Assembly (NCBI RefSeq): GCF_011745625.1
Contig: NW_027191466.1
Coordinates: 496,001-560,000, forward strand
Direction of reading: 5' to 3'
Source: Cladosporium halotolerans
Taxonomy: Eukaryota
Length of the DNA stretch: 64,000 bases
Positions 26,217-37,866 of the stretch are shown one piece after another. A program made the position numbers and the translations under genes. Each line of letters starts with the position of its first letter. Positions within the stretch are counted from its first letter, which is position 1. The notes beneath the pieces are model-generated. The model made no database searches and was not told the DNA's origin. It saw nothing but the letters and a program-made list of their open reading frames with translations.

Positions 26217-27000
26217 GTCTATATCAAACTAGATCTTTTCGAAGATTGAGCCGCTGAACTCAGTGCAACATTCGGTGAAGCTTTCACCAATGTGCAAAGT
26301 TGTGCATAGGTAGACCTAGGGCCGCAGCGTATTTGCGTCGCTGGGTAAGTCGTGTGAGTCTCTTGAGCGCAAGCACATGAAGGCCCACCGACGTTGGAGT
26401 GGAGCCTGAGGCGCAAGCGCGCCGTGCCTGTCCGGCCCCCGTCAAAGGTAACGCAGGCGACATGCTTCGTGACCAATCGTTCGGACATCATAAGCAGCCA
26501 CAAGCAGCCACCCGGAACAACATGGTCATGATCACGGGACTTTTTGTCCGCAGCCTGGGCGAGGCTGTCGAGGCTGTGAAGCGGTTCATGCCTCCTTCCG
26601 GCCTGATGAGCATCGAGCGCAGAATCACACCAAGCTCTTACATTTTGCATAATTCATAGCCATGGTGTAAGGCGTTTCTCGTTTGCTCGGTAGTTGTGAC
26701 TTCGCCACGTGCATAGGGTGGAGATTTCCGTCCTCACCTCCGGACGGTCAACTAGAGTCTCATCGACCGGCCAAACGAAATGGAAGCATCAAGCGACCAC
26801 ACGGCAGAGGAGAGTCACTTCACGGGTCAAAGCGCGCGCGATCATTCACGCCAGCACAACGGGAACGTTTTCAACAGTAGGCGTGACTGCTCGAGAACGG
26901 CTGGTGTTTCCACTGACTCTGCGATATAGACAACACATACCATTACACGCTCGCCAGAAAACGCTCAGACGAGACCTTATCCGGAAATTAGAGAGACCAC

Positions 27001-28518
27001 GTGCTGCTACGAGCAGCCGCTGAGGGTCAAACGCCTCGCGTTCGCCATCTTCTCCGGCTAGGATCCGATATCGACTTCGCAGACAGTGATGAGCTCACCG
27101 TACTGCATCACGCCGTTCTGAGCGGGTACGAAGACGTGGTCGAGCTGCTTCTCCGCCGCGGCGCAGATGTCAACGCCCATAGCACTGATTGGGGTACGCC
27201 TCTGTGCTTAGCGATCTTGAGGGACCGGATGAAGATTGTCGACATACTTGTGAAAGGCAGAGCCAAAATTGATCTTGTGACCAGACGATTGGGCACCGCG
27301 TTCCACTGCGCTGGTTACACCGGCAACACAGACGTGCTGAAAGCGCTTCTGACCACAGGTGGCGATCGGCATGTTCCCTGCACAGTGGATCTACCCTTAA
27401 TGGGGCGCCTCGCGAACCGGAGCCAAAGCGATCGAATGCCTGCCGCAATAGCAGCATGCGAACTGGCAATGTGCACGCCTTCGCACCTTATTTGCTTCAC
27501 GAAAGATTGCGCCGGTATCTTGGAGCTTTTGGAGCCCCCATTCCACATCGCCAGTGCGTATTGTCAGATATTCCGCAAGACTTTGGGAACAGAATTCAGA
27601 AGTAGCACGTTCCACAGCATAGAGCCAGACGTCATTTGCTCTTGTTCCATGATACTCTTTGAGACGAATCAATTTCCAGCGGTGGTCTTTTTGAGGGGAA
27701 TGAGCAATCTGTTCAGTATACGGGAACAGGAAGGGCGTGCTTCCTTGGAGGCCAGTTTCAGCGGTGAAAATGCACAGCGCCTTCGGAAACTGATTGCTCC
27801 CAACGCCGCCACTGACAAAATTGAGACTGGGAAAGGGGCTCGAGTCAAAATCCCCCCTTCATCGCTCCCGAGAGTGCCATATCCAGCCGCTCGTAATCTC
27901 GCGCACTTCGCAGTATCGCCGTCTGCGTTCAAATTAAATATCCCAGAACCGCTGGAAATTGCCGAGGACACGCTCAAACGCACGACTCCACTCGAGGCGA
28001 GTGCCACCACCGCCGACCGAAAGTCTCAACTGCAAAGAGCTCAACTCGCACTTTGGAGATTTCTTGCAGAACCAAAGTCGGACAGCAAACCCAATGAGGA
28101 CGGCGAGAGCCAGAGCACCTTGGAGCCTTCAGACCCCTTATCCCAGTTCAATCTCAACGTACCGTCGTCGCAAAGTACCCCGAAGCCCTTCGATCCAGCA
28201 GATTCTACCATTAGCGAGCCGAAAGTGGGACCGAGTGGCAGCAACAAATATTTCGGCGGAAATATCTCTGTGGCCGACTTATCAGAGAAGTGTCGTAATG
28301 AACAAAGCTTCGGGGCCAGCTTGAGCGGACCAAGAGACCCTTGGCGTCTTGCGAGCGAACCTTCCCAGGCGCAATACCGTATTATTGCTGCCGGGTTCAA
28401 AATGAATGAAACACGAGATCGATGGTTGGTCCCTGGGACGAGGGCCCAGAAACAGGAGAACAGCTCTCAAACACCGCAGTCTGCTCAGGATATTCCACCA
28501 CAACGCAATGAATCTTAG
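27001..28518 (+). CDS. Ankyrin-repeat protein with a low-complexity C-terminus; 5' end unresolved
   Basis: About four ANK repeats (LLRAAAEGQ, TVLHHAVLSGYEDVVELLLRRGADVN, GTPLCLA, GTAFHCAGYTGNTDVLKALL). There is no in-frame ATG before the repeats. Confidence 0.8.
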   Translation: MLLRAAAEGQTPRVRHLLRLGSDIDFADSDELTVLHHAVLSGYEDVVELLLRRGADVNAHSTDWGTPLCLAILRDRMKIVDILVKGRAKIDLVTRRLGTAFHCAGYTGNTDVLKALLTTGGDRHVPCTVDLPLMGRLANRSQSDRMPAAIAACELAMCTPSHLICFTKDCAGILELLEPPFHIASAYCQIFRKTLGTEFRSSTFHSIEPDVICSCSMILFETNQFPAVVFLRGMSNLFSIREQEGRASLEASFSGENAQRLRKLIAPNAATDKIETGKGARVKIPPSSLPRVPYPAARNLAHFAVSPSAFKLNIPEPLEIAEDTLKRTTPLEASATTADRKSQLQRAQLALWRFLAEPKSDSKPNEDGESQSTLEPSDPLSQFNLNVPSSQSTPKPFDPADSTISEPKVGPSGSNKYFGGNISVADLSEKCRNEQSFGASLSGPRDPWRLASEPSQAQYRIIAAGFKMNETRDRWLVPGTRAQKQENSSQTPQSAQDIPPQRNES

Positions 28519-28707
28519 CTCTCGATGGCAAAAACAAAAAAAAGACCCATCGAAGCATGCACAATCGCTGCATTATCGATTGCTCAACTAAGCTACAGCT
28601 CTCGTAAAGTGGTTCCCGCCCTTCGCTCACAGCCGTCCGCCGCTCCCAAAGAGCTCAAAATACCATACCCGCTCATCAGCTCCGACCCCTTCCACGCGAC
28701 CAAAGAC

Positions 28708-31700
28708 TCAAACAAACGCCCCCTCGCCCCCCTCATCATCCATTCCAACCCCGCCGCCCCTCCCCCTCAACCACCCCGTCACCAACCGTTGACCTGGCGA
28801 GCCCTCCCGTCCCACATACCCCGCGCCCTTGGCCACTTTCAATCCGCCCTCGCCCTTCTTCCTCCCTCCCGGCCCCGCGAGCCACTCCGAACTAGAGACC
28901 GCCGGGAGACCGCCACTCTCTTCTCCGCTTGCATGCGGCGGCGGTGTATTTTCCTTGTTTGAAGGCACGACGGGAGGAGCGAGGTCGGCGTAGGGCCCGG
29001 CGGAGATGTTGATGATGGTGTTGTCTTCGAGCATGGGGATGGGAGCTGCTTTGGGTGGGGCTGTGGTGGTGGAGTTTTTGCGGCGGGCTTCGAGGGGTCG
29101 ACTGGCGGCACTAGTGCTGGAGTGCTTGTATTTGGCGCGGAGGTCGAAAGCGGACCGGTGCTTGTGGTGCGTCGTGGTAGGCTGGGTGCTGGTTGTGTTG
29201 GGGAGGGCGCCGGACATGGTCAGGGTGTTGGAGGTTGCGTGCTCGGTTGGTGGTGTTTTGGCTGAAGAGTCAAGATGGGCGAAGGAGTGGCGTTTGGGTA
29301 TGGCTGCGGCGCCCGTGCGATTTGATGCTCTTGGGCGCTCGACGCTGCGTTTGCTATCATCGCTGCTGGGTAGTTGCAGAGAGCGCTCCGTATCCGTACC
29401 GGCGTTACCGGCAGAAGAGAATTTGCGGCTCGTTCTGTGGCTTTGGCGACTCGGGTTGTCGAGCGAATCGACCATGGGGTAGCGCTCGTTCATGTAGCTG
29501 GATCGTCGGCTGCTGGCGCAATTGCGGGTCTCTCTTCGCCCTTTGGATGCTTGGTCACTGGCTAGAGTGTCAGAGCGACGCCTGTGAGAGGCACTGCTGG
29601 CTCTTTCTCGTCCGGAAGACTCGGTCGTGCTGGCATTTGAAGCAAGCTGTGCTTCGGGACCTTGGATCAAGCCTCCTGTGCCACTTGGTGCTGTGAGGCC
29701 GTTGATTTCGCCCGAGAGCCATTCGCGCCATTCGCCGCTGCTCTGAACCGGCTTTTGAGATGTCAAAGCTGGTTTCTTGGGAGGCGATATGTCATAACGC
29801 TTGATCTCTCGACTTGTGATCTTGACCGTCATCCCTCCAACCTCTGGAGTAGCAGCCCGAGGAGAAGCACCGTCAGTAGCCCGAGAATAGACGCTCGGAG
29901 ATAGCAATCGCTCTCGGTCTCCACTTCTAGGGTCACCTATCTTCGTATGCTGCGGCAGACCTCCTGTGTCGTTTATGTCTTGGGAAGAGTCGCGCGCGAG
30001 TGATGGCAGAGTGTAGGGGTTGTCATCGCCGCAAGTTGAGGCGCTCTTGTAACCCGTCGCCATGGATGAACTTTGCATAGCGCCTTGCCATCTGCTCTGA
30101 CTCTGCTGCACACGGCGAGCGATGCGTTCGGGAGACGGTGGCGCGGCATGCACTAGTGCCGACCTGCGCCTTGAAGCGTAATGGTTTGCCGCTGGTGTCT
30201 GATCGACTGCATCATTCTCGGCATCGGTACGATCAGGAGAAGCCTCAACGAGTGGCGACATGGTCTGCATCTTGAAAGCATCGGGGTCCGGAGACACTGT
30301 GCGGATCGTCGATGCTTTGCCATGACCCAAAGAATCGGCCCTCCTCTGAGAAGGCAGCGAAGATAAACTGGACGAAGCTTGCGACAGATGGCTCGCAGCA
30401 CTAGCAGCGCGATCTTTGCTGTCTTGTTGTTGCTCAGTAGGGGCTATGCGCTCACGCAGAGCTGCAAAAAGAGCCTGGCTATCTTCCGACCCTTTGAGGT
30501 CGGCACGGCTTGACTTGCGCAAACGGTTCTGGACAGCGCGTCCGAAGAAAGAGCCTTTCTTGCGTAACGTCGAGCAGCTGTTACTGCGCTGGAGCCTTCC
30601 ATGCTCGTCTGCTACACTGGTTGATACGGTGTTCGCACGGGTACTTGTCGTCCCGGCTACCGTCGAATTGGTCCAGCTGGTGACGCGAGACTTGTCTGCT
30701 GCGGAGTCGCCACTGATGCTGGGGTTGCTTCCGATGCTGAAAGACTGGTACATGACTTCGGTATTGTGAGTCGTAGAGTTATGAGGGGTTGAGACGACGA
30801 ATGGATCGTTGGGGTCTGCAGAAGATTCCAAGGTCTGCAACGCCTCCTGGTTGACGGCCAAGGAAGCTCCTTGGCTCTGTTCCTCTTCGACAGGATGCGC
30901 AAGTAGACCACTCGGCGCTCTTGACGCCTTTCGGAGGATCTTCTTGAACTGGTCCTTTACTGAGCCCGAAAAGATTCGAGTCTTTCGTTCGGACTTGGTG
31001 AACGTTTCTGACAGCACGAACGGTTCGTTCAAGTCGTGAGTTGGCGGCAAAGGCGCAACAAGAGAGTCATCCGCATAGTTGAAGGGCGGAAGAGAGCCGT
31101 CGTAAGTGATGCCACCAGTCGGCTTGCTCGACACGTTCCATTTCTGCAATTTCTGGAAAGACCCAAAGAATGACTTGCGTTCGCGAACCTTTGGGCTCTG
31201 AAAGTCTTCAAGACAACGATCTCGGGCGAGTGCGATGATTTCCTCGTCCGTCTGTGTCTCCCTGATCGAAGCCCTGCGGGCCTGGAAGGCAGGCTGGACT
31301 TTCGTTCTCTCTGAATATGAGTGCGGCTCTTTGTAATTGACCGATATGCCATCATCGTAGCTCTTCTCGGTGTATCTCGGAGTTTGTGCGAACGTTGAAG
31401 TGTTGGGCCCAGAGATGGCAGAGGTACTTCGCGTACATGGGCTACCAGTTTGAGAAGTGGAAAGTGGCCTTCGTTGGTAGCCGCTTGAGGCGGAAATCAG
31501 GCGTTCTTTGCGATTAGACGCTTTGATGTCAGAGTTTGGCCGTGCAGGCACTGACTGTCTCGCACGAGGCTCATTCTCCTTTAAGGCAGGAGCGCGAGGG
31601 CCTGCATTCGAGGTGTGGTGAACAGAAGGAGAGTCCTTCTTCTCGTCACGACGAACTGTTGACCTTCTGCGACCCAGTCTTGCATCCTCCAAATGGCTCC

Positions 31701-31935
31701 CCTCCGACCGACCGGTTACCTGACTCTTGCGGCGACGAAGCATTGGCGGAGCTGGGCGGTAGTCCGGGCAAATCACTTGTTGCACAGGCTGTGAGAGTCT
31801 GTAAGCCTGACTCGCAGCAGCCTCTGCGTGTTGTCGCACAACGAATGGATCCAAATTGGTCGATGAGCGCAAAGATGCCGTCGACTTCGCGCGACGGAGG
31901 CGGTCGCTGGCAGTAGTGTTTGAACGGGAAAGCAT
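28708..31935 (-). CDS. Large Ser/Arg-rich disordered hypothetical protein (the frame is open upstream to ATG 32052)
   Basis: ORF over 1000 aa with short motif islands (LRRAKS, SRVTSWTNST, SPSVYSR, EWREWL) and two KEN sequences. Function unknown. Confidence 0.85.
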   Translation of the reverse strand: MLSRSNTTASDRLRRAKSTASLRSSTNLDPFVVRQHAEAAASQAYRLSQPVQQVICPDYRPAPPMLRRRKSQVTGRSEGSHLEDARLGRRRSTVRRDEKKDSPSVHHTSNAGPRAPALKENEPRARQSVPARPNSDIKASNRKERLISASSGYQRRPLSTSQTGSPCTRSTSAISGPNTSTFAQTPRYTEKSYDDGISVNYKEPHSYSERTKVQPAFQARRASIRETQTDEEIIALARDRCLEDFQSPKVRERKSFFGSFQKLQKWNVSSKPTGGITYDGSLPPFNYADDSLVAPLPPTHDLNEPFVLSETFTKSERKTRIFSGSVKDQFKKILRKASRAPSGLLAHPVEEEQSQGASLAVNQEALQTLESSADPNDPFVVSTPHNSTTHNTEVMYQSFSIGSNPSISGDSAADKSRVTSWTNSTVAGTTSTRANTVSTSVADEHGRLQRSNSCSTLRKKGSFFGRAVQNRLRKSSRADLKGSEDSQALFAALRERIAPTEQQQDSKDRAASAASHLSQASSSLSSLPSQRRADSLGHGKASTIRTVSPDPDAFKMQTMSPLVEASPDRTDAENDAVDQTPAANHYASRRRSALVHAAPPSPERIARRVQQSQSRWQGAMQSSSMATGYKSASTCGDDNPYTLPSLARDSSQDINDTGGLPQHTKIGDPRSGDRERLLSPSVYSRATDGASPRAATPEVGGMTVKITSREIKRYDISPPKKPALTSQKPVQSSGEWREWLSGEINGLTAPSGTGGLIQGPEAQLASNASTTESSGRERASSASHRRRSDTLASDQASKGRRETRNCASSRRSSYMNERYPMVDSLDNPSRQSHRTSRKFSSAGNAGTDTERSLQLPSSDDSKRSVERPRASNRTGAAAIPKRHSFAHLDSSAKTPPTEHATSNTLTMSGALPNTTSTQPTTTHHKHRSAFDLRAKYKHSSTSAASRPLEARRKNSTTTAPPKAAPIPMLEDNTIINISAGPYADLAPPVVPSNKENTPPPHASGEESGGLPAVSSSEWLAGPGGRKKGEGGLKVAKGAGYVGREGSPGQRLVTGWLRGRGGGVGMDDEGGEGAFV

Positions 31936-33519
31936 GCTGGAGAAGTCGGACTGTGATCTTGAGGTCTTCAGGGAGAAAGAGTTGCTGGTAAGCCAAACAC
32001 CTCTATCGCATGCGACTTTGAGATGGTGCGACGACGGCGAGAATGCGAACATCGAGGGAATGAGAGTCGCAAGAACATGTTGCTCCTACCTGTCATGCTG
32101 TGCCTGAGAAACATGCTCAAAGCTGCTACCTATTTTGGCAGCTGCCACCTGAGTGTGATGGGCGAGGAAGGAAGGCATTGCGAAGTAGTTTAAAGGCAGC
32201 ACCTCACTTGGTGGGAACTGTAGGGAAAGTCTTGCTGGCACCAGCCGTCATGACCAAAAGTCGTTAATTTCACCGGCGTACCTAAAATCTCAGAATGGAC
32301 AATGCATTCAAGGTACCATGCAAATGGACTACGTTGAGTAGCGTTGTTGCCGTGGGTGCTTTTCGTGCTGCTAGCTGTGTCCATAGTCTGTTGTGTCCAT
32401 GGTTTGTTGAAAAATATCGTGAATTGTTGTATGACCCTCCAGGGTTGGGCGGTCACAAGAGAACCTGGTGGATTTGAGAGGCATCTGAATCCTCAAGGAC
32501 ATCCGCAATTCAGGACTTATTACAGCCGCTCAGGGCCGTTGAGTCGGAGCATGTTGTGCTGAACAACTCATGTAGAGCACGCTAAGTGCTATTTCTTATC
32601 ATCATTCTCCGTTCTCACAACCACGAGATGCCTGGACTCCGCAGAAGACCCCTCTAATCCCATAATGTGATATCGAACAGTGAGGAGAAGAGACCTGTTG
32701 TCTCAAAGAACACGAGTAATAAATGCCTATAGTAATATCTAAATTGCCCTCCGATTGGCGTTAGGCAGTATCTCTTCATAGATCCGTCTGAGAGTCGCGT
32801 ACGACGAGAGGCGTCACGCCTTCCACGTGTATTACGAGCCTGTCCATCCGGGGACAACATTCTAGCGCTTTCGAAAGCCCAGGCGTTTGGATATGTGGCA
32901 ATACATCAAGGTGCCTGATGATTAATAAGGCACCAACGGAATTCTCTTCGACGTCTAGGCGGATGGCGTGCTATGGCAAGCGCAGATCTTATGGCAAAAA
33001 AGTCTGGGTCGCGGATGACGGAAGACGAACCCTTGCCGGCGGCAGACAGGGCCCGGGAGCATCAAGGTGCCATGTGTGTGGACGTGGAGGTGGCGCCGCT
33101 CGCGGCCTGCACGCCCCGGCCCAGCTGCGTCTGCCCTGCGAGCCCTTATCACTGCCCTGATGTGCAGTAGGTATCCCGTCCCAACGGCAACAAGCAGCAC
33201 TCCCCAGCCAACAGTGCAGTGACAAGGTCAGAGCAGTGCAGCAGACTGCTGCTCGTATGCAGCCCGTACACGCACCGCCCAGACGGTCAGCTGCTGGGTG
33301 CAGATTCTGCGCCCAATGAAGCGCCTCCGGCCGTTTCGATGAATAAAACGTGACAAAGAGGCTCGGAGCGGGTCGCCCGCCCGCAGATTGTTCGCTTGCT
33401 CGCACGCAATCAGCGCCACGCCCGCCCGAGTCATGCCCAGCCCAGCCAGCGCCGATGCCGACGCCTGAGGCGCTCCGACCCTCTGCGACAGCGCCCCAAA
33501 GCACACCATCCGCCATACA

Positions 33520-33727
33520 ATTGCACCACCACCCTCCCCAAGACCTACCGCCGCATGCCGTGATCCTCCCACTACTGCGCCTACTCCAGATCCAGCTCCT
33601 CGGTGTCCCTGCACTCCGCCCGCGCCTCGCGCCCCCCTCGCCATCCTTACCGATATCCTCGCCCGGCTCGCCCTCTGCGAAGCACGCGACCAGCGGCGTG
33701 CGCAACACCGGCGCCCGATTGTGCCAC
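33520..33727. promoter_or_regulatory. Two candidate CYS3/MetR bZIP sites upstream of sconB
   Basis: ATTGCACCAC at 33520-33529 and ATTGTGCCAC at 33718-33727 are each two-mismatch variants of the CYS3 consensus ATGRYRYCAT, with the RYRY core intact. Confidence 0.3.
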
Positions 33728-33766
33728 TTTCCCATGTCTTGTTCGCCATAAACCTTCCGTCTCGCC

Positions 33767-36013
33767 ATGGCATCAGATCCGCGCAATCTCACCCGTACCA
33801 CCGCGCCTTCTGTGCCCGCCGCCATGGCCGCCCTGTCGTCTCACAACATGCGCCAGCAACCTACACCTGGGGCCGACGACGACAACACACTTGAATGCCG
33901 ACACGACCACGACCACGAGCACAGCCACGGCTTGTTGCGGAACCGACACCACGAGTCTCACGATCACACCATCTCAATAGACTCCAGCTCTAAGCAGGCC
34001 GAGCAGACCGTCGCGCCCTTCCTCACCGAACACATTCCCATGCAATACAACCCAGTAGGAGGCCACGCGCGGGCAGCTCAGCCTCAAGCACAAAGAGAGA
34101 TGCAGGTGGAGCCCAACAGCAAGTTCTGCTACAAGCACCGCCCGGATCTCAAGTGCAGACGCCAGGCCAACGAGCCCTCCATGGACCAGCTGCAGAACGA
34201 GCTCGCGTCGTTGTCGCAGTCAGACCAGCAGGCTATCTCCCACGTCTGGTCGCTCTTCTCTGCCGCTCCCGCCAAACACCGAAACCTCATGCTGCAGGGC
34301 ATCCTCACACAATGCTGTTTCCCCCAACTTTCATATGTCGCCGCCAGCGTACGCGACCTCATCAAAATCGACTTTCTCGCTGCCCTCCCTGCAGAGCTCA
34401 GCTTCAAGATTCTCTGCTACCTCGATACCACCTCTCTCTGCAAAGCCTCACAAGTAAGCCAGCGATGGCGGACACTGGCCGATGACGACGTCGTGTGGCA
34501 CAAGATGTGCGAGCAGCACATCGACAGGAAGTGTACAAAGTGCGGCTGGGGCTTGCCCCTGCTCGAGCGCAAGAGGTTGAGAATTGAAAAGAGACAGATA
34601 CAACTCCGGGCGACTGGCCGCGGTTTGAATGAATGGTCGCCGCAGCTGACGCCTGTGGCGGACGAAAACCTGGTGGATACCGTTGAACAAGCCGAGGCCT
34701 CTTCAGCGAGGACAGGAAGCAAACGCACTCTCGACCTTGGATCGCTGTCGCCAGAAATCCCGAAGCGGCAGTGCACGCAATCAGTAGCTGCCGAGCGAGA
34801 ACCGAGCCACGACGACGACTACTTCGCGCCTCGGAAGCGACCCTGGAAGGATGTCTACCGAGACCGCTTCAAGGTCGGAACTGCTTGGAAGTACGGCCGT
34901 TGCAGCACTAAGGTGTTCAAGGGCCACACGAATGGTGTCATGTGCCTCCAGTTTGACGATAACGTCCTCATTACTGGATCCTACGACACGACGGCGAAAG
35001 TCTGGGATACGGAGACGGGACAGGAGCTCCGCACTCTGACCGGACATACATCTGGAATCCGTTGTTTGCAATTTGACGACCAAAAGTTGATGACTGGCAG
35101 TCTCGATGGAACGCTCAGACTGTGGGACTGGAAGACTGGCCAGTGCAAGCGTGTCTTCAACGCTCACTCCGAGGGCATCATCTCGCTCAACTTCAGCGGT
35201 CGTTATGTTGCGACAGGCTCGATGGATAAGACCATCCGAGTTTGGGATTCGGAAACGAAGCAGACGTTCCTCCTTCGCGGTCACACTGACTGGGTCAATT
35301 GCGTCAAGGTTGACGAAGCCTCCCGAACGCTCTTCTCAGCTTCAGACGACCTTTCAGTCAGACTTTGGGACCTTGACACTAAGCAGTGTCTGAAGGTTTT
35401 CGAGGGCCACGTCGGCCAAGTCCAGCAACTGCAGCTCATGCCCCCCGAGTTCGAGCTCGACCACGACTCCTTCCACTCTGGTGATAAAGACGACGATGCT
35501 AGTAGCGTTAGCTCCGTCGGCCACCACCACCATGACGAACCCGCCGCCTCCTCCCTCCCCTTCTGGCCCCACGATGCTGGCCGCCCGGCTCCACCCCGCT
35601 ACATGTTCACTGGCGCCCTGGACTCCACCATCCGCCTCTGGGACATCCACCAGTCCCAGCCCCAACCCCACTCCGAACACCACCAACCCGCCACCGCGGA
35701 CGACACCTCCAACGCCTTCATCGTCCTCCCCACCGACCCGCTGACCAACTCGCACACTCCGCGCGCCCAGGCCTGCGTGCGCACCTTCTTCGGCCACGTC
35801 GAGGGCATCTGGGCGCTGGCCGCCGACCACCTGCGCCTCATCTCCGGCTCCGAGGACCGCATGATGAAGGTCTGGGACCCGCGCACGGGCAAGTGCGAGC
35901 GCACGTTTACTGGTCACGCCGGACCGGTCACGTGTGCTTGGCTGAGCGAGAGTCGGTTGGCGAGTGGGAGTGAGGATTGTGAGGTAAGAATGTTGGTGTT
36001 TGGAGATTGTTGA
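33767..36013 (+). CDS. sconB: SCF F-box/WD40 sulfur-controller subunit (sconB/scon-2/Met30)
   Basis: [17 protein letters not shown]-box [47 protein letters not shown], then WD40 repeats ([12 protein letters not shown] etc.). Intronless, 748 aa. Confidence 0.96.
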   Translation: MASDPRNLTRTTAPSVPAAMAALSSHNMRQQPTPGADDDNTLECRHDHDHEHSHGLLRNRHHESHDHTISIDSSSKQAEQTVAPFLTEHIPMQYNPVGGHARAAQPQAQREMQVEPNSKFCYKHRPDLKCRRQANEPSMDQLQNELASLSQSDQQAISHVWSLFSAAPAKHRNLMLQGILTQCCFPQLSYVAASVRDLIKIDFLAALPAELSFKILCYLDTTSLCKASQVSQRWRTLADDDVVWHKMCEQHIDRKCTKCGWGLPLLERKRLRIEKRQIQLRATGRGLNEWSPQLTPVADENLVDTVEQAEASSARTGSKRTLDLGSLSPEIPKRQCTQSVAAEREPSHDDDYFAPRKRPWKDVYRDRFKVGTAWKYGRCSTKVFKGHTNGVMCLQFDDNVLITGSYDTTAKVWDTETGQELRTLTGHTSGIRCLQFDDQKLMTGSLDGTLRLWDWKTGQCKRVFNAHSEGIISLNFSGRYVATGSMDKTIRVWDSETKQTFLLRGHTDWVNCVKVDEASRTLFSASDDLSVRLWDLDTKQCLKVFEGHVGQVQQLQLMPPEFELDHDSFHSGDKDDDASSVSSVGHHHHDEPAASSLPFWPHDAGRPAPPRYMFTGALDSTIRLWDIHQSQPQPHSEHHQPATADDTSNAFIVLPTDPLTNSHTPRAQACVRTFFGHVEGIWALAADHLRLISGSEDRMMKVWDPRTGKCERTFTGHAGPVTCAWLSESRLASGSEDCEVRMLVFGDC

Positions 36014-36360
36014 GGGGGGTTGCTGTTTTCTTTTTCCTTTTTCCCTCATTGGTATTTGAGCGATGGCGTTTTGGGACGGCAAGGATGCGATGTCGCTTGG
36101 GACTGCATTTTGGCTTGAGTTTCGGAGAGGTGTGGAAATTGGTGTTGTCCTTTTTTGCATGATTGCTTTTACATGTTATATACCACGGCTAATACCCAAT
36201 GTCTCCTTTATCCTCGTTTTCCGGGATCGCGGTCCTCAAAAGAAATTAGCACCAAGCATAGATAAATTGCAACATGGCTTTGAGTCTATTTGGAAGTCTC
36301 TCGTATCTCTTTACGATTTTCGTTATATCCCATCAGATGCTACTTCCTGACGTTGCATCG

Positions 36361-36380
36361 CCAAGGCGTCCCAAGGCGTC
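36361..36380. repeat. Perfect tandem 10-mer duplication
   Basis: ccaaggcgtc ccaaggcgtc. Confidence 0.8.
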
Positions 36381-36700
36381 TTCAGGGAGTCCAGTCGTGG
36401 GGTTGAAGTGGAGGTGGAGGAGTTTTCGGCCAGCTCCGATGGAGATCGTCGGGCGACTCGAACCTCGGGCTCGGGGTTTCGATATCTACACAAGTTGAGA
36501 TAGGGACCTGCCTATAAGCGTACTGGTACTTGGGCGGATAGACGGGGCTTACGGCGGGACAAGCGAAAACGATCACCGAGACGGAAGTATCGCTTTTGAC
36601 ACTTTGAGGTCGGCTCAGCGCATTTCTTCGCCCACCGTCGACTTTCTGGACTGGACCAAATACGAAAGCCCCGTACAAACTTAGGAGTGACTTTGAAAAC

Positions 36701-37866
36701 ATGGGCTCTATCGCCAACGCCGACGATGCTCGCCCACAGGCCGTCTCCGTATCCCTTCAGGAACTCAAAGATGGCACGGTGTCTCTCGAAACTCTGGAGC
36801 AAGCCTTCGGCCCAGCCAGTCTAGGAATCATCCTCGTGCGCGATCTGCCTGAGAACTTCGCGCAATTGAGGAGAGAGGTGCTTAGTCTGAGCTCGTACCT
36901 GGCCAATCTGCCCGAAGAGGAACTCGGTATGACATTTCTACTTTCCTATCCAGAAAGCGAAAACTGAGACTAACCCCCCTTCCCACAGCCAAACTCGAAA
37001 ACCCCCAAGCAAAGTACAACGTCGGCTGGTCCTGCGGCAAAGAAACGCTCGCCGACGGCCGCTTCGACACCCTCAAGGGTAGCTACTACGCCAACCCGAT
37101 CCACGACGCCGCCCTCGAAGCCAAAGCCCGCGAGCTCTACCCCTCCGTCGTCGAGATGACCAGCCCCAACGTCTGGCCCGCCGAAACCGTGCTCCCGGGC
37201 TTCGAGCGCAAATTCGAAGCCCTCTGCCGCCTCATCGTCGACGTCGCGGCGCTCGTCGCCCGCAGCTGCGACCGCTACGGCGTCGCCAAGCTCGACGGCT
37301 ACAAGGCCGGCACGCTGGAGGAGATCGTGCGCAGCAGCGTGAGCACGAAAGCCAGACTGCTGCACTACTTCCCGCCTCCCGCCTCCACCTCCGCCTCCGC
37401 CCCGTCCGCAGCCGAAGAAAAACCCGACGACGACTGGTGTGCGACGCACACCGACCTCGGCGCCCTCACGGGCCTCACGAGCCAAATGTTCGTCGACGAG
37501 ACCCTGCACTCCCCCTCCCTCTCCTCCTCTTCCGCCGACCCCAAGCCTCTGGAAGAACTCCCTGCCCACCCGGACCCCAAGGCCGGCCTCTGGATCCGCG
37601 ACCGCGCGGGCCGCACGACGCAGGTGCACATCCCGCGCGACAGCCTGGCGTTCCAGACGGGGCTGGCGCTGCAGCTGATCACGCGGGGGGAGCTGAGGGC
37701 TGTGCCGCATTTTGTGCGCGGCGGGAGGGAGGAGGGCGAGGGGAAGGTGGCGAGGAATACGCTGGCGGTGTTCACGCAGCCGAATTTGTGGGTGCCGGTT
37801 GAGGAGGGGAAGGATTTTGCGAAGTTGGCGGAGGAGGTCATTTCGAAGGGCGTCAGTGGTGGGTGA
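36701..37866 (+). CDS. 2-oxoglutarate/Fe(II)-dependent oxygenase (IPNS/DIOX_N-like); exons 36701-36926 and 36989-37866
   Basis: AFGPASLGIILV, VGWSCGKE, RLLHYFP, HTD and distal VPHFVR (facial triad), RNTLAVF. Intron 36927-36988 (GTATGA..ACTAAC..CAG). Confidence 0.92.

Noticed and set aside
36440..36560. B-box-like GGTTCGAGTC on the - strand and an intron-like segment 36486-36552
   Set aside because: The T-stem does not pair, no cloverleaf forms, the branch site is weak and splicing gives no sensible ORF. Not called as tRNA or ncRNA.
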